Shown here: piece by piece, positions 43,469 to 52,209 of the stretch | How positions within the stretch are numbered: the first letter of the stretch is position 1 | Layout: the number at the start of each line of letters is the position of its first letter | Assembly: GCA_035527895.1 (NCBI GenBank) | Contig: DATKZQ010000017.1 | Span: 3,588 to 67,587, forward strand | Length of the DNA stretch: 64,000 nt | Origin: Desulfatiglandales bacterium | Lineage (GTDB): Bacteria > Desulfobacterota > DSM-4660 > Desulfatiglandales > B25-G16 | Direction of reading: 5' to 3' | Translations under genes and position numbers: made by a program | Notes under the pieces: generated by a model | Seen by the model: the letters and a program-made list of their open reading frames with translations, nothing else | The model's database searches: none | What the model was told of the DNA's origin: nothing

Positions 43469-44610
43469 ACCTCCTGTAGCGCCTCAACCGGGTCAAGTTG
43501 GGCGGCCCTTTTAGCCGGCAATATACTCGCTGTGATGCAAATGGCCGTTGAGATAGCAACGGAATACGGTAAGAGATGGAGTATTGGCGGGACAGGCGTA
43601 CCGGCAAGCTGGGGGCCTGCCGCCATCGAGATGATCGTACCCAATGCGTAACCGGCGAGACCGCCGATCACGCCCAGAAACAGGGCCTTTAGGATAAAAA
43701 ACGTGTATAATTTCCTTGCATCGGCTCCAATGGCCAGGAGAATGCCGATCTCGTGGCGACGATCAGACACGGTTGAGGACATGTAATTCATCACGAGAAA
43801 ACCGCCCAGACATAATACGACAATGTAAACGATGCGAATAAAGTCCTCGATCTTGGTAAGGGTGCCGATCTGAGCTTCGGCTATCTGTTTCACCGGTATC
43901 ACCCTGGCATCGTCTGGGAGCGCTTTGTCTATCTCATCGGCGATATCATAGAGGTTCATGGTGGAGCACGAGATACAGCTGGTAGAGACCTCGATCACGT
44001 TCACCAACCTTTCTCTCCCGGTGAGGCCCTGCAAGATATGTAATGGTACGAATGCCATGAGATCATCGGCTGAACCGGTTTCGTCCAAGATCCCGCTTAC
44101 CCTGAATACCTCATCCCCGAGCTTTACCTGGCTGACAGGCCCTACATGAGCCGCTGTGTAATGGCCCAGAAGGATTTCGTTGCCTTGTGGGAACTGATCA
44201 GTAACTATTTTCCTGTCGATCATCCACCAGGGTTTGGCCTTGATTTCGTCCTCCGTAATGCCGGCCACTGAAAGGCTGACATCACCAACCACGAAACGTT
44301 CATGCAATTTGGGCGATACCGCCACGATCATTCCGCCGTGCTCTATGGTTTGTATCCTTTTACCGTATACCTCGGGCAGCAACGCGGTGCCCTGTGTTAG
44401 GGCGTTTGTGTCAAAGAGCTCGCCGCCGGGCTGGATGATGATATTCGCGCCGAATCTCAAGAGCTGCTCTTTGGCCTTATCATACAAGGCGCTGTTGATA
44501 GTCTGGGCAGCCACAAAGATACTGATACCCAGGAGTATACATAGGATACCGGCTGTTGTTTTCCTCTTCCTGCGACCCATTTCTTTGGTTACAAATTCTA
44601 CTGTTCGCAT
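43465..44610 (-). CDS. ABC transporter permease (FtsX/MacB-type)
   Basis: One N-terminal TM, a ~230-aa extracytoplasmic domain and three C-terminal TM segments. It overlaps the ATPase gene by 4 nt. Confidence 0.8.
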   Translation of the reverse strand: MRTVEFVTKEMGRRKRKTTAGILCILLGISIFVAAQTINSALYDKAKEQLLRFGANIIIQPGGELFDTNALTQGTALLPEVYGKRIQTIEHGGMIVAVSPKLHERFVVGDVSLSVAGITEDEIKAKPWWMIDRKIVTDQFPQGNEILLGHYTAAHVGPVSQVKLGDEVFRVSGILDETGSADDLMAFVPLHILQGLTGRERLVNVIEVSTSCISCSTMNLYDIADEIDKALPDDARVIPVKQIAEAQIGTLTKIEDFIRIVYIVVLCLGGFLVMNYMSSTVSDRRHEIGILLAIGADARKLYTFFILKALFLGVIGGLAGYALGTIISMAAGPQLAGTPVPPILHLLPYSVAISTAICITASILPAKRAAQLDPVEALQEV

Positions 44611-44673
44611 TGTCTCCTACCTCAAATCCCTCAACCAAGACATCAGAACCTTGGTCGACTGATGGCTTACAAC

Positions 44674-45414
44674 TTACAGCGTTCCCTTCTTGATGAGTTC
44701 TTCGGATACCCCCGAAGGCGCTTCTATGGTTTCCGGTCTATTATTCAGATATTCCCGTAATTCTACAGGTTTGTTCTCTTTTGACTCTAATTCCTTTATT
44801 CGTTTCTCGAGTTTTTTCTGCTCCGTGAGCACGAACTGAATGGCATCGGCTATCGGGTCGGGCAGGTTTCCATGCTCCAAGGCCCGGATCTCCTTTGATG
44901 AAAACTCTTTACCTATCTTTCCGGGTACACCGACTACCGTAGCCCCTGGGGGCACGTCTCGGACAACGACGCTGCCGGCGGCGATTCTGGCTCCATCCCC
45001 AACGGTAATGGCTCCCAGAATTATCGCCCCTGCTCCAACGACTACGCGATTTTGCAACGTGGGATGGCGCTTCTTCTTTTCCAGGGTTGTGCCGCCCAAA
45101 ACCACGCCTTGGTATAACAGAACATCATTGTCGATCTCGGCAGTTTCACCTATGACCACCCCCATACCATGGTCGATAAAGAACCGCCGGCCGATCTTTG
45201 CTCCAGGGTGAATCTCGATGCCGCATAATGATCGGCCGATATGGGATACAAGTCTCGCGACAAAAAAGAACTCATGCCTCCAGAGCAGGTGGGCTATTCT
45301 ATGTAACCAGAGGGCATGAAGCCCGGGATAGCAGATGAGGACCTCCAGCACGCTCCTCGCTGCTGGGTCCTTCGCGAACACTGTTTGGATATCCTCTCGA
45401 ATTCTCTCAAGCAT
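44674..45414 (-). CDS. cysE: Serine O-acetyltransferase
   Basis: [55 protein letters not shown] and hexapeptide repeats. Confidence 0.9.
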   Translation of the reverse strand: MLERIREDIQTVFAKDPAARSVLEVLICYPGLHALWLHRIAHLLWRHEFFFVARLVSHIGRSLCGIEIHPGAKIGRRFFIDHGMGVVIGETAEIDNDVLLYQGVVLGGTTLEKKKRHPTLQNRVVVGAGAIILGAITVGDGARIAAGSVVVRDVPPGATVVGVPGKIGKEFSSKEIRALEHGNLPDPIADAIQFVLTEQKKLEKRIKELESKENKPVELREYLNNRPETIEAPSGVSEELIKKGTL

Positions 45415-45460
45415 TTGAACTACTCACCCATGTTTTCAGGATATTTCGTATTCTGAGCCA

Positions 45461-45868
45461 TTAGAACCTTACCTCCATTGCCCGTAACGGGCAGGCCTTG
45501 ACGCAGAGCCCACAGGCAACGCATTTGGTGTCATGAAAATGAACCTCTCTCGTTACCGGTACAACCTCAAAGGCAGCAGCCGGGCACAAAGGAACACAGG
45601 CACCACAGTGACTGCACCTTGTGCTATTGCGAACAACATCTTGAGATAGGGGCTGCAATTTTACTCCCACCTCCTTCAGATACTGGATACCTCGTTCATA
45701 GTTCTTTTCTTCACCACCCAATTCCAAAACCAAGAGGCCTCCTTCCTCTGCGGTAATATAGGCCTTGAGAATGTTAAATTCGAGGTCATAGTCTTTGACC
45801 AACCTATGCACGATGGGTTGATCGGCCAGCTTATACGGAAAATGGAGTACTATTCTTTGAGAGATCAT
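45461..45868 (-). CDS. NIL domain / 2x[4Fe-4S] ferredoxin fusion (homocysteine biosynthesis partner, MA1822-like)
   Basis: An N-terminal NIL-like domain is followed by CSHCGACVPLCP and CVACGLCVKACP. GGAGG lies upstream of ATG 45868. Confidence 0.7.
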   Translation of the reverse strand: MISQRIVLHFPYKLADQPIVHRLVKDYDLEFNILKAYITAEEGGLLVLELGGEEKNYERGIQYLKEVGVKLQPLSQDVVRNSTRCSHCGACVPLCPAAAFEVVPVTREVHFHDTKCVACGLCVKACPLRAMEVRF

Positions 45869-45951
45869 CTTAACAACCTCCAAGAAGCGGAAATGGGGAA
45901 GGCGCAGATCAGGTATATTCTCATCTGCGCCTCCCGCGCTTTCCTTTCAGC

Positions 45952-47166
45952 CTATTTTTCAAGAGGCCTTTCCCTAAGCGGTTTGCACGTGGTGCCCGTT
46001 TCAGGCCCTGGGAAAAAGCCTACCGGTTCAGTGAGCAGAAAGTCCCCTTTCTCAATCCATTCCTTTAATGTTTTGGCTATCTCTACTGCCTTGGGATAAC
46101 TTGAAAGGCTCCCGGTGGGAACCGCCATGCCTTGAACGGTGATCTTACCGCTCTTGAGCTGGGCGTAGTTCACTTCGCCGAGGCTCCCCTTTTTTCCCTG
46201 AGGATAGCTCTCGCCGTAGTCGACGATCTGAGTCCATAGCTCCTCGTCATTTACTGCGGTATACGTACACATTTCCTCATTTAGGATGGGAATCGGAACG
46301 CCGATGCCAACGGTAAGGGTTGTTCCGTAACCTTGCATGGATGTACCTGCCAGCCATTCGGCGCTCATCTGTTTCAAATCTCCGATAACGGCTAAGGTTC
46401 CTGAAGGAACACACGGTGTACCGTTGTCTTTGCGCTGAACCGCGGGGTTAAACTGAGTCCCCTGCCAGACTACGTAGCCGATTCCCCCTCCCAAGAAGAT
46501 TCTTGTGCCGATGCCAATTGTCTTATAATAGGGATCGTTCAAGAGAGGAGAGAGCTGCCCAGCGCTGCAATAGTTAGCACTGCCTAGATTGGGCTTGAGC
46601 ATCCCCATGTAAGTATAAATAGCCGTATTACCCAGGTTAACAGCTACGTTGTAATTCTGGTAGGCATTCCTGGGATTGAAAAGCACCGCTTCATTGAGAT
46701 CTCTAATATTGACCCAGGTTTCCAGTTTCCTCCTTGGATAACAATCTGTTCCGTAAGCATTGGCAACCAGCTTTAGATCTTTGCCGGCTACCAAATCTTC
46801 GATTACGTGACCACCACCGTACCTGAACTCACCGGGGAAGGTTTTATTCCTCGGGTCATCATCAGGTAGAGCGGTTGCCCCGATGAAGGTATCGACGGCA
46901 GCAAGGCCGGTATAAAGAGGCACGTCATTCAGATAGGCCCGTTCTCCACCCAGTTTTATCTTAGGGGTGCTGTGCCCGATGTTAAAGTAGGCACCGGATG
47001 AACACATCGGACCAAAGGTACCCGTTGTGACCACGTCCACCTGCTGAGCTGCTTTCTTAGCTCCCTTCTCTTCGACAATGTCGATAATCTCCTCGGCAGT
47101 CACTACGACTGCCTCTCCTCTCTTGATCTTTTCATTGATCTCTTTGATGGTCTTAGCCATGTTCAA
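45952..47166 (-). CDS. COG1900/DUF39 homocysteine biosynthesis protein (MA1821-like)
   Basis: A 404-aa protein: KTIKEINEKIKRGEAVVVTAEE...VDVVTTGTFGPMCSSGAYFN.... It is adjacent to the NIL-ferredoxin gene. Confidence 0.7.
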   Translation of the reverse strand: MNMAKTIKEINEKIKRGEAVVVTAEEIIDIVEEKGAKKAAQQVDVVTTGTFGPMCSSGAYFNIGHSTPKIKLGGERAYLNDVPLYTGLAAVDTFIGATALPDDDPRNKTFPGEFRYGGGHVIEDLVAGKDLKLVANAYGTDCYPRRKLETWVNIRDLNEAVLFNPRNAYQNYNVAVNLGNTAIYTYMGMLKPNLGSANYCSAGQLSPLLNDPYYKTIGIGTRIFLGGGIGYVVWQGTQFNPAVQRKDNGTPCVPSGTLAVIGDLKQMSAEWLAGTSMQGYGTTLTVGIGVPIPILNEEMCTYTAVNDEELWTQIVDYGESYPQGKKGSLGEVNYAQLKSGKITVQGMAVPTGSLSSYPKAVEIAKTLKEWIEKGDFLLTEPVGFFPGPETGTTCKPLRERPLEK

Positions 47167-47649
47167 CCTCTTCGAGTAGTGTTAATTATTACATTCTAAC
47201 TCAGGCCGTCACGCAATAGTGGCCCTCAAGGGCCTCTGCATGATCCATGGCATCACCACTATTTGGTTTTTTGAGACTTCTCGGTGTATCATCTTGCCTA
47301 AATCCCTAAGCTCCTTTATTCGCCTTCGCCAGAATAGGCTGCAGCTTGCTGTAGGGTCCTGCTCGACACGGATGGCGAGGCGACCGCGCCGACTTGTCCC
47401 GCCGAAGTTTTGACGAAGCCGGAAGCTCTCAGAGCGCCCGTCCTCGTCCGACGCCATAGGCTATGGCCGACGGTGTCCGCAGGCCTGCTCCGCCATAGTA
47501 GCCAAAAAGGCTACGAAGGCCGGGTAACCCTATCTACGGAGGATGGAAAGACGAGCGGCTTCGGCCGAGTTCCGCTTGACTTCGTCATAGATGCCCCGCG
47601 CGGAAGCGCGGGGAGCTTCACTTTTGTGTGTACTAAATCTAAGCCTGTG

Positions 47650-48051
47650 CTACGGTTCATGATGGGAATCCTGAGGTTGCAGCAGATATGATAGAACCTC
47701 ACAGTTCCGGCAAATCTTCATCTTTTCATTCCAGTTCTTATGGACAATACCCCCACAAATGGTGCCGTTAATAAACCAACAGAGCCTCCCGGCCCGGAAT
47801 TCCCAGGCAGGGCATTGCTTCTTGCGATCGGGAGGGCATCTTTTGATAACCCAGCAAGCCTTTCCTTCGTTCTGATCTCCCCTTTTCCTCGACACCAAGA
47901 AAAAAAGCTGCCGCTCCACATGGGCTGGCACCGATCGCCATCCCTGCTCATAGCTGTGCACCGCTTTGAGCGAGGTGCCCAAGAGTTCGGCCAGCTGTTT
48001 CTGTGTCTTGCCCAGCTTCTTACGGGCCTGCAGAAATTTTTCACTGTCCAT
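47650..48051 (-). CDS. XRE-family HTH regulator with a Cys-rich C-terminal domain (two CW dipeptides)
   Basis: HTH LGKTQKQLAELLGTSLKAVHSYEQG, then CWVIKRCPPDRKKQCPAWEFRAGRLCWFINGTICGG...CRNC. The start is placed by comparison with the paralogue. Confidence 0.7.
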   Translation of the reverse strand: MDSEKFLQARKKLGKTQKQLAELLGTSLKAVHSYEQGWRSVPAHVERQLFFLVSRKRGDQNEGKACWVIKRCPPDRKKQCPAWEFRAGRLCWFINGTICGGIVHKNWNEKMKICRNCEVLSYLLQPQDSHHEP

Positions 48052-48102
48052 ATGGGCCCTTAGCACGGTTTTGGTTAATCCCAAAAGGCGTCATAATTTA
48101 GA

Positions 48103-48131
48103 AAAATACCACGCTGTGGTACTTTTGTCAA
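48103..48131 (-). promoter_or_regulatory. Sigma-70-type promoter with a palindromic operator in the spacer
   Basis: The minus strand reads TTGACA-17 nt-TATTTT. The spacer contains TACCAC-N3-GTGGTA. The same architecture occurs at 50185..50213. Confidence 0.55.
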
Positions 48132-48305
48132 CTAGAAATACCTTCCTTGAAAAAATTTCCTTCGAGGATAGGGACGGGTTGGTGTGAAGGGCTGTAATTG
48201 TTACGACGAAAAGTGTGTGTGCCAGGTGGGGTCTTTCCGGATCACCAGTGCCGTGGCCTATAGACAGTGCGATTTGGGCTGCCAAGATGCGATCTTTTTG
48301 AGTTT

Positions 48306-48647
48306 TTACTCCCCTTCATCCAGGGCGATTTTCCTTACGGTGATTTCCCAATCGGTATTATCGATCCGAGTTACTGACAGAATCTCATGTCCCTCGTTTT
48401 TCAAACTTCTGGGAACATTCTCTGCAGAGGGAGGGTAGTCCACAGTTACGCGCAGCACCTCTCCAACCTCCATTTCCTCCAGGGCGAGCAAGGACTTGAC
48501 AAAGGTATAGGGACACACTTCTCCTTTGAGATCGATCTCCCGATTAATTTTCGGTGCTTCATTGGTCTCATTTCTGGCTCCGCAGATTTCTTCCGGTCTA
48601 GCTTCGGCGCGCATCGTGCCTCCTTTCGAATTCTTCTGGTGTTTCAT
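48306..48647 (-). CDS. TusA/SirA-like sulfurtransferase
   Basis: DLKGEVCPYTFVKSLLALEEM carries the Cys-Pro motif. It follows the MoeB/ThiF gene after a 7-nt gap. Confidence 0.75.
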   Translation of the reverse strand: MKHQKNSKGGTMRAEARPEEICGARNETNEAPKINREIDLKGEVCPYTFVKSLLALEEMEVGEVLRVTVDYPPSAENVPRSLKNEGHEILSVTRIDNTDWEITVRKIALDEGE

Positions 48648-48654
48648 ATGTATC

Positions 48655-49458
48655 CTAACTGATTCTGCAAAACTGTTCGTAATCGATGAGTTCTTTTATG
48701 GTAGGGCTGTTTCCACAAAGGGCACAGTCGCCTCTGTGACTGACCTGTACTTTCGAAAACTCCATGTGTAGTGCATCAAATAGTAGCAGCGTTCCTGTCA
48801 GCGGTTCTCCTAAACCCAGGATAAGCTTGATCGCCTCATTCGCCTGGATGGCGCCGACAATTCCGGTAAGGGCACCCAAGACGCCTGCCTCCTGGCAACT
48901 GGGTACCATGTCCGGCGGCGGTGGGGCAGGCCATAGGCAGCGAAGGCACCCATTGCCGGGAACGAATACAGTAACTTGACCTTCAAATCGTAAAATGCCA
49001 GCATGGACGTCGGGCTTGCCCGCTAAGAAGCAGGCATCGTTCACTAGATACTTCGTGGGGAAGTTGTCGCTACCCTCGACGACAATATCGTAGTCGGCAA
49101 TGATGTCCATGATATTCTCTGAGGAAAGCCGCAACGGGTACTGGACGACTTCGACGTCAGGGTTTATGTCATTGAGTGCTTCCGCTGCAGAAACCACTTT
49201 TGGTCTCCCGAGGTCGCGGGTGTGGTGAAGAATCTGGCGCTGTAAATTGCTCAAATCGACACGATCAGAATCACAAATCCCGAGCTTCCCTACCCCAGCT
49301 GCTGCTAGGTATATGGCCGCTGGAGAACCTAAACCTCCTGCACCGACCATGAAAACCTTGGCCTCCAGGAGTTTCCTTTGTCCTTTTCCTCCGACCCCGG
49401 GGAGGACAATTTGACGGCTATAGCGCCTAATCTGTTTTTCTGTTAAACCCATGTACAT
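48655..49458 (-). CDS. MoeB/ThiF/HesA-family adenylyltransferase (E1-like)
   Basis: YSRQIVLPGVGGKGQRKL, VGAGGLGSPAAIYLAAAGVG, CLRC and CALC. Confidence 0.85.
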   Translation of the reverse strand: MYMGLTEKQIRRYSRQIVLPGVGGKGQRKLLEAKVFMVGAGGLGSPAAIYLAAAGVGKLGICDSDRVDLSNLQRQILHHTRDLGRPKVVSAAEALNDINPDVEVVQYPLRLSSENIMDIIADYDIVVEGSDNFPTKYLVNDACFLAGKPDVHAGILRFEGQVTVFVPGNGCLRCLWPAPPPPDMVPSCQEAGVLGALTGIVGAIQANEAIKLILGLGEPLTGTLLLFDALHMEFSKVQVSHRGDCALCGNSPTIKELIDYEQFCRIS

Positions 49459-49708
49459 TTTTGCCTCGTCCGCGCTCGTGCTATGTTACTGCCGAATTCA
49501 ATATCGCAAGGCATTCTTTAGAACCCTATTATGTATCGCCCCGTCTGCCTGGGCTAGGTGTCCTGCAGAACTTACACATGCCCCTATCAATGTTGAATTC
49601 AGCGATATGATATGCATTTCTATTGATCAGAGGTTTGTGGCAGTTACAGCTTTCGGTTCATAGATGCAGGCACTCTTGCCCCTTTGACTTTGCAAAGTCT
49701 CTAATTGA

Positions 49709-50137
49709 TCAAACACCTCGATGCCTTCGCTCCTTTAAGAGCGCCTTAGCGCTTAGGTGTCGTTGCAGGAAAGAATAAAACACCTCGCTGGATCCGCAGA
49801 CCTTCATATTTACGTGATAGTTTTCTCGCACTTACCCTTCGAAGCTGGTGCCGTTGATGAACCAACAAAGCGTCCCAGCCTGGAACTCCCATGCAGGACA
49901 TTGCCTTCTGCGCTCGGGAGGGCATTCTTTGATAACCCAGCAAGCCTGCCTTCCTTTCTGATCACCCCTTTTCCTTGAAACAAGGAAGAAGATTTGCCGT
50001 TCCACATGGGCTGGCACCGATCGCCACCCCTGCTAATAGCTGTGAACTGCCTTAAGCGACGTGCCTAAAAGCTCAGCTATCTGTTTCTGAGTCTTGTCTA
50101 ACTTGTTACGGGCCTGAAGGAACTTCTCTCTGTTCAT
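49709..50137 (-). pseudogene. Decayed paralogue of the XRE/Cys-rich regulator (two in-frame stops)
   Basis: MNREKFLQARNKLDKTQKQIAELLGTSLKAVHSY-TAG-QGWRSVPAHVERQ...CWFINGTSFEG-TAA-VRENYH.... The stops are at 50033-50035 and 49832-49834, and the Cys ligands CGG are replaced by FEG. Confidence 0.75.
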
Positions 50138-50184
50138 AGCCTTCTCTAAAGATCTCCTCGGGAATGTGAAGAAACTCTTGAAAT

Positions 50185-50213
50185 TAGATACCACAAAGTG
50201 GTATTACTGTCAA
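50185..50213 (-). promoter_or_regulatory. Sigma-70-type promoter with a palindromic operator, shared divergent region with the NRAMP gene
   Basis: The minus strand reads TTGACA-17 nt-TATCTA. The spacer contains ATACCAC-N3-GTGGTAT (50188-50204). Confidence 0.5.
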
Positions 50214-50270
50214 TATAAAAAGCTCTTCTTCCATTGGGGAAGGGGATTCATTTGGAGGAGGCTAGTCTAA

Positions 50271-51482
50271 ATGCTAAGAAGATGGCCTACATATTTCCGT
50301 CAGATGGGGCCTGCCTGGATCATTAGTGCCGTAGCCTGTGGACCTGCCACGCTTGCCAGTGTATGCATCGCAGGGGCCTCCTACGGGTTTGAGCTCTTGT
50401 GGGTTGTAATCTTGAGTGCGATCTTTGGAGCTACTGCTCAATACCTTGGAGCCAGAATCGGAATCCTGGAGGGCAGGGGAGTTATTGCCACAGTTGAAGA
50501 CCGTCTCGGCCCCATTTGGGCGTGGGTTTTGGCCATTGATGCCGCTCTTGCAACGTATCTTGCCGCACTGGTCTTAATGAACGCCTTGGTTGGCGTCACC
50601 TCAATTGTAACGGGGATTGAGAGCCCCTGGTGGGGAATACTGTACGCAATCATAATCTCACTGGCGCTGATTCGTGGCGGTTACCGGTGGTTTGAGAACC
50701 TTTGCAAAGCCCTTGTAGGGTTCGTGGTGTTATGTTTTATCATAACGGCGTTCCAGGCCGATTTCACGGTCGTTGATGTCGTTAGAGGTATTCTCCCCAA
50801 CATTCCTGGCGGGATTGACTCGGCCCTTATGATTGCGGCCATATTGGGAGGTGCCGTTCACATAACCATCATCGGCATGCACAGCTATAACACCAATGCC
50901 AGGAAGTGGTCTAGAAAAGACCTGGGTTTGGCCCGGTTCGACAACACCCTTTCCATGGGATTCGCCTTCGGCATTTACAGCGTGGCCATTTTTCTCGTGG
51001 CTGCCGCGGTTTTGCATCCAAACCAGATAAAGGTAAAACTGGCCACCGACGCTGCTTTGAGCCTTGGGCCATTGCTTGGTAAGCATGCAATGGTCATATT
51101 TCTCATTGGTTTGTGGGCCGCTACCCTTTCTACCATATCACCTACATTTTTGGCCGGCACCTATTTCATATTTGACAAAATGAAATGGGACATGAACCCT
51201 GAAACTAGAAAATTCCATATGGTTATTCTCGGGGGAGCATTGTTGAGTGCGTTCGGCCCATTTATGAAGGGAAGTTTTTTCCTGCTTCTTCCGCTGATGC
51301 TCGCTCTTGGACTGTGCGGGACCCCGCTCATTATTGCCATTATGCTCTATCTGCTAAATAAAAGGAACATAGTGGGAGAATACAGGAATTCGGTTGTGCT
51401 TAATGTCTTGGGGGGCCTCACCCTTTTGGTGACGAGCGTGGTTGCAGTGAGATTCATTCTAGTTAAGGTTGGTTTTGTTTAA
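50271..51482 (+). CDS. mntH: NRAMP-family divalent metal transporter
   Basis: A 403-aa polytopic protein with MGPAWIISAVACGPATLASV and typical NRAMP N-terminal motifs. Confidence 0.8.
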   Translation: MLRRWPTYFRQMGPAWIISAVACGPATLASVCIAGASYGFELLWVVILSAIFGATAQYLGARIGILEGRGVIATVEDRLGPIWAWVLAIDAALATYLAALVLMNALVGVTSIVTGIESPWWGILYAIIISLALIRGGYRWFENLCKALVGFVVLCFIITAFQADFTVVDVVRGILPNIPGGIDSALMIAAILGGAVHITIIGMHSYNTNARKWSRKDLGLARFDNTLSMGFAFGIYSVAIFLVAAAVLHPNQIKVKLATDAALSLGPLLGKHAMVIFLIGLWAATLSTISPTFLAGTYFIFDKMKWDMNPETRKFHMVILGGALLSAFGPFMKGSFFLLLPLMLALGLCGTPLIIAIMLYLLNKRNIVGEYRNSVVLNVLGGLTLLVTSVVAVRFILVKVGFV

Positions 51483-52036
51483 TGCCGTCGCAAACTAAGC
51501 ATGAAAGAGGAATGAGCGTTCACGAATTCAAGAACAAAAAGATCATTATTGTGGGTGAGGTGAACACCGGGAAAACGACCTACCTGAGCAAACTCATAAA
51601 CGAATTCATCTTCGAGGGTGAAGATGACCTTGCCCTCATAGATATGGCCCCAGAACGGACGAAAGGCGTTGGCGGAAAGATGAACATAGAGGCCGGTGAT
51701 GTTATAAGGTGTTACACAGCACCAATCGTGGCACCCAGGCTCATGGGGAGGAGCACTGATGAAGTCGAGACGCTGGCGAAACAAAATGCGGAATTGATAG
51801 AGAACATCTTTCTCGAATACCTAAAGAATCCCGGCAAGACCCTTTTTGTAAACGATATTTCACTCTACTTGCAGGCCGGAGCGCTTTACAAACTCCTTTC
51901 ATGGCTCAACTCAACACCCACGGTGATTATGAACGGTTATTACGGATCGAGTCTTGGGGGAGGGGAACTGGGAAGGAGGGAGAGAAAGAACATGCAGTCT
52001 CTTATGGAAAGGTGCGATCGGATAATTCAGCTTTGA
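51482..52036 (+). CDS. P-loop NTPase of unknown function
   Basis: Walker A GEVNTGKTT. The ATG overlaps the NRAMP stop (TAATG). ATG 51512 is an alternative start. Confidence 0.55.
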   Translation: MPSQTKHERGMSVHEFKNKKIIIVGEVNTGKTTYLSKLINEFIFEGEDDLALIDMAPERTKGVGGKMNIEAGDVIRCYTAPIVAPRLMGRSTDEVETLAKQNAELIENIFLEYLKNPGKTLFVNDISLYLQAGALYKLLSWLNSTPTVIMNGYYGSSLGGGELGRRERKNMQSLMERCDRIIQL

Positions 52037-52209
52037 GAAAACCATCGCAATGCTCTTCAGAGAGGCACCCAGGCTGTCCGGTCGAAGGCGACAACTTATT
52101 TAGTTCATTGCCCCACATGAGTTCATCGTTTTCCAGAGTTGTTGCTTTTGAATCGACCTGATATGTGATTAAGTTAATCAGAGACGTTTCAATTGAAAGG
52201 GAGGATTCC

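Noticed and set aside
47209-47457. An 82-aa minus-strand ORF in the gap between the XRE regulator and the COG1900 gene.
   Set aside because: There is no RBS, the composition is Arg-rich and low-complexity, and no family resemblance was found.
47451-47540. A tRNA-like stem (CTATGGC...GCCATAG) in the intergenic region.
   Set aside because: There is no T-loop (GTTCRANYC) and no cloverleaf geometry.
47594-47613. The hairpin CCCCGCGC-GGAA-GCGCGGGG, which resembles a type I-E CRISPR repeat or a terminator.
   Set aside because: It is a single copy with no spacer-repeat periodicity. There is no T-run on the strand of the upstream gene.
49520-49640. A Cys-containing minus-strand frame (…SCNCHKPLINRNAYHIAEFNIDRGMCKFCRTP…) that looks like a zinc ribbon, upstream of moeB.
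   Set aside because: There is no start codon before the first Cys pair (a stop lies immediately upstream). It may be a gene remnant but cannot be supported.
50033-50035. An in-frame TAG as a possible pyrrolysine codon.
   Set aside because: The same gene also has an in-frame TAA and has lost conserved cysteines. The intact paralogue has Glu at this position.
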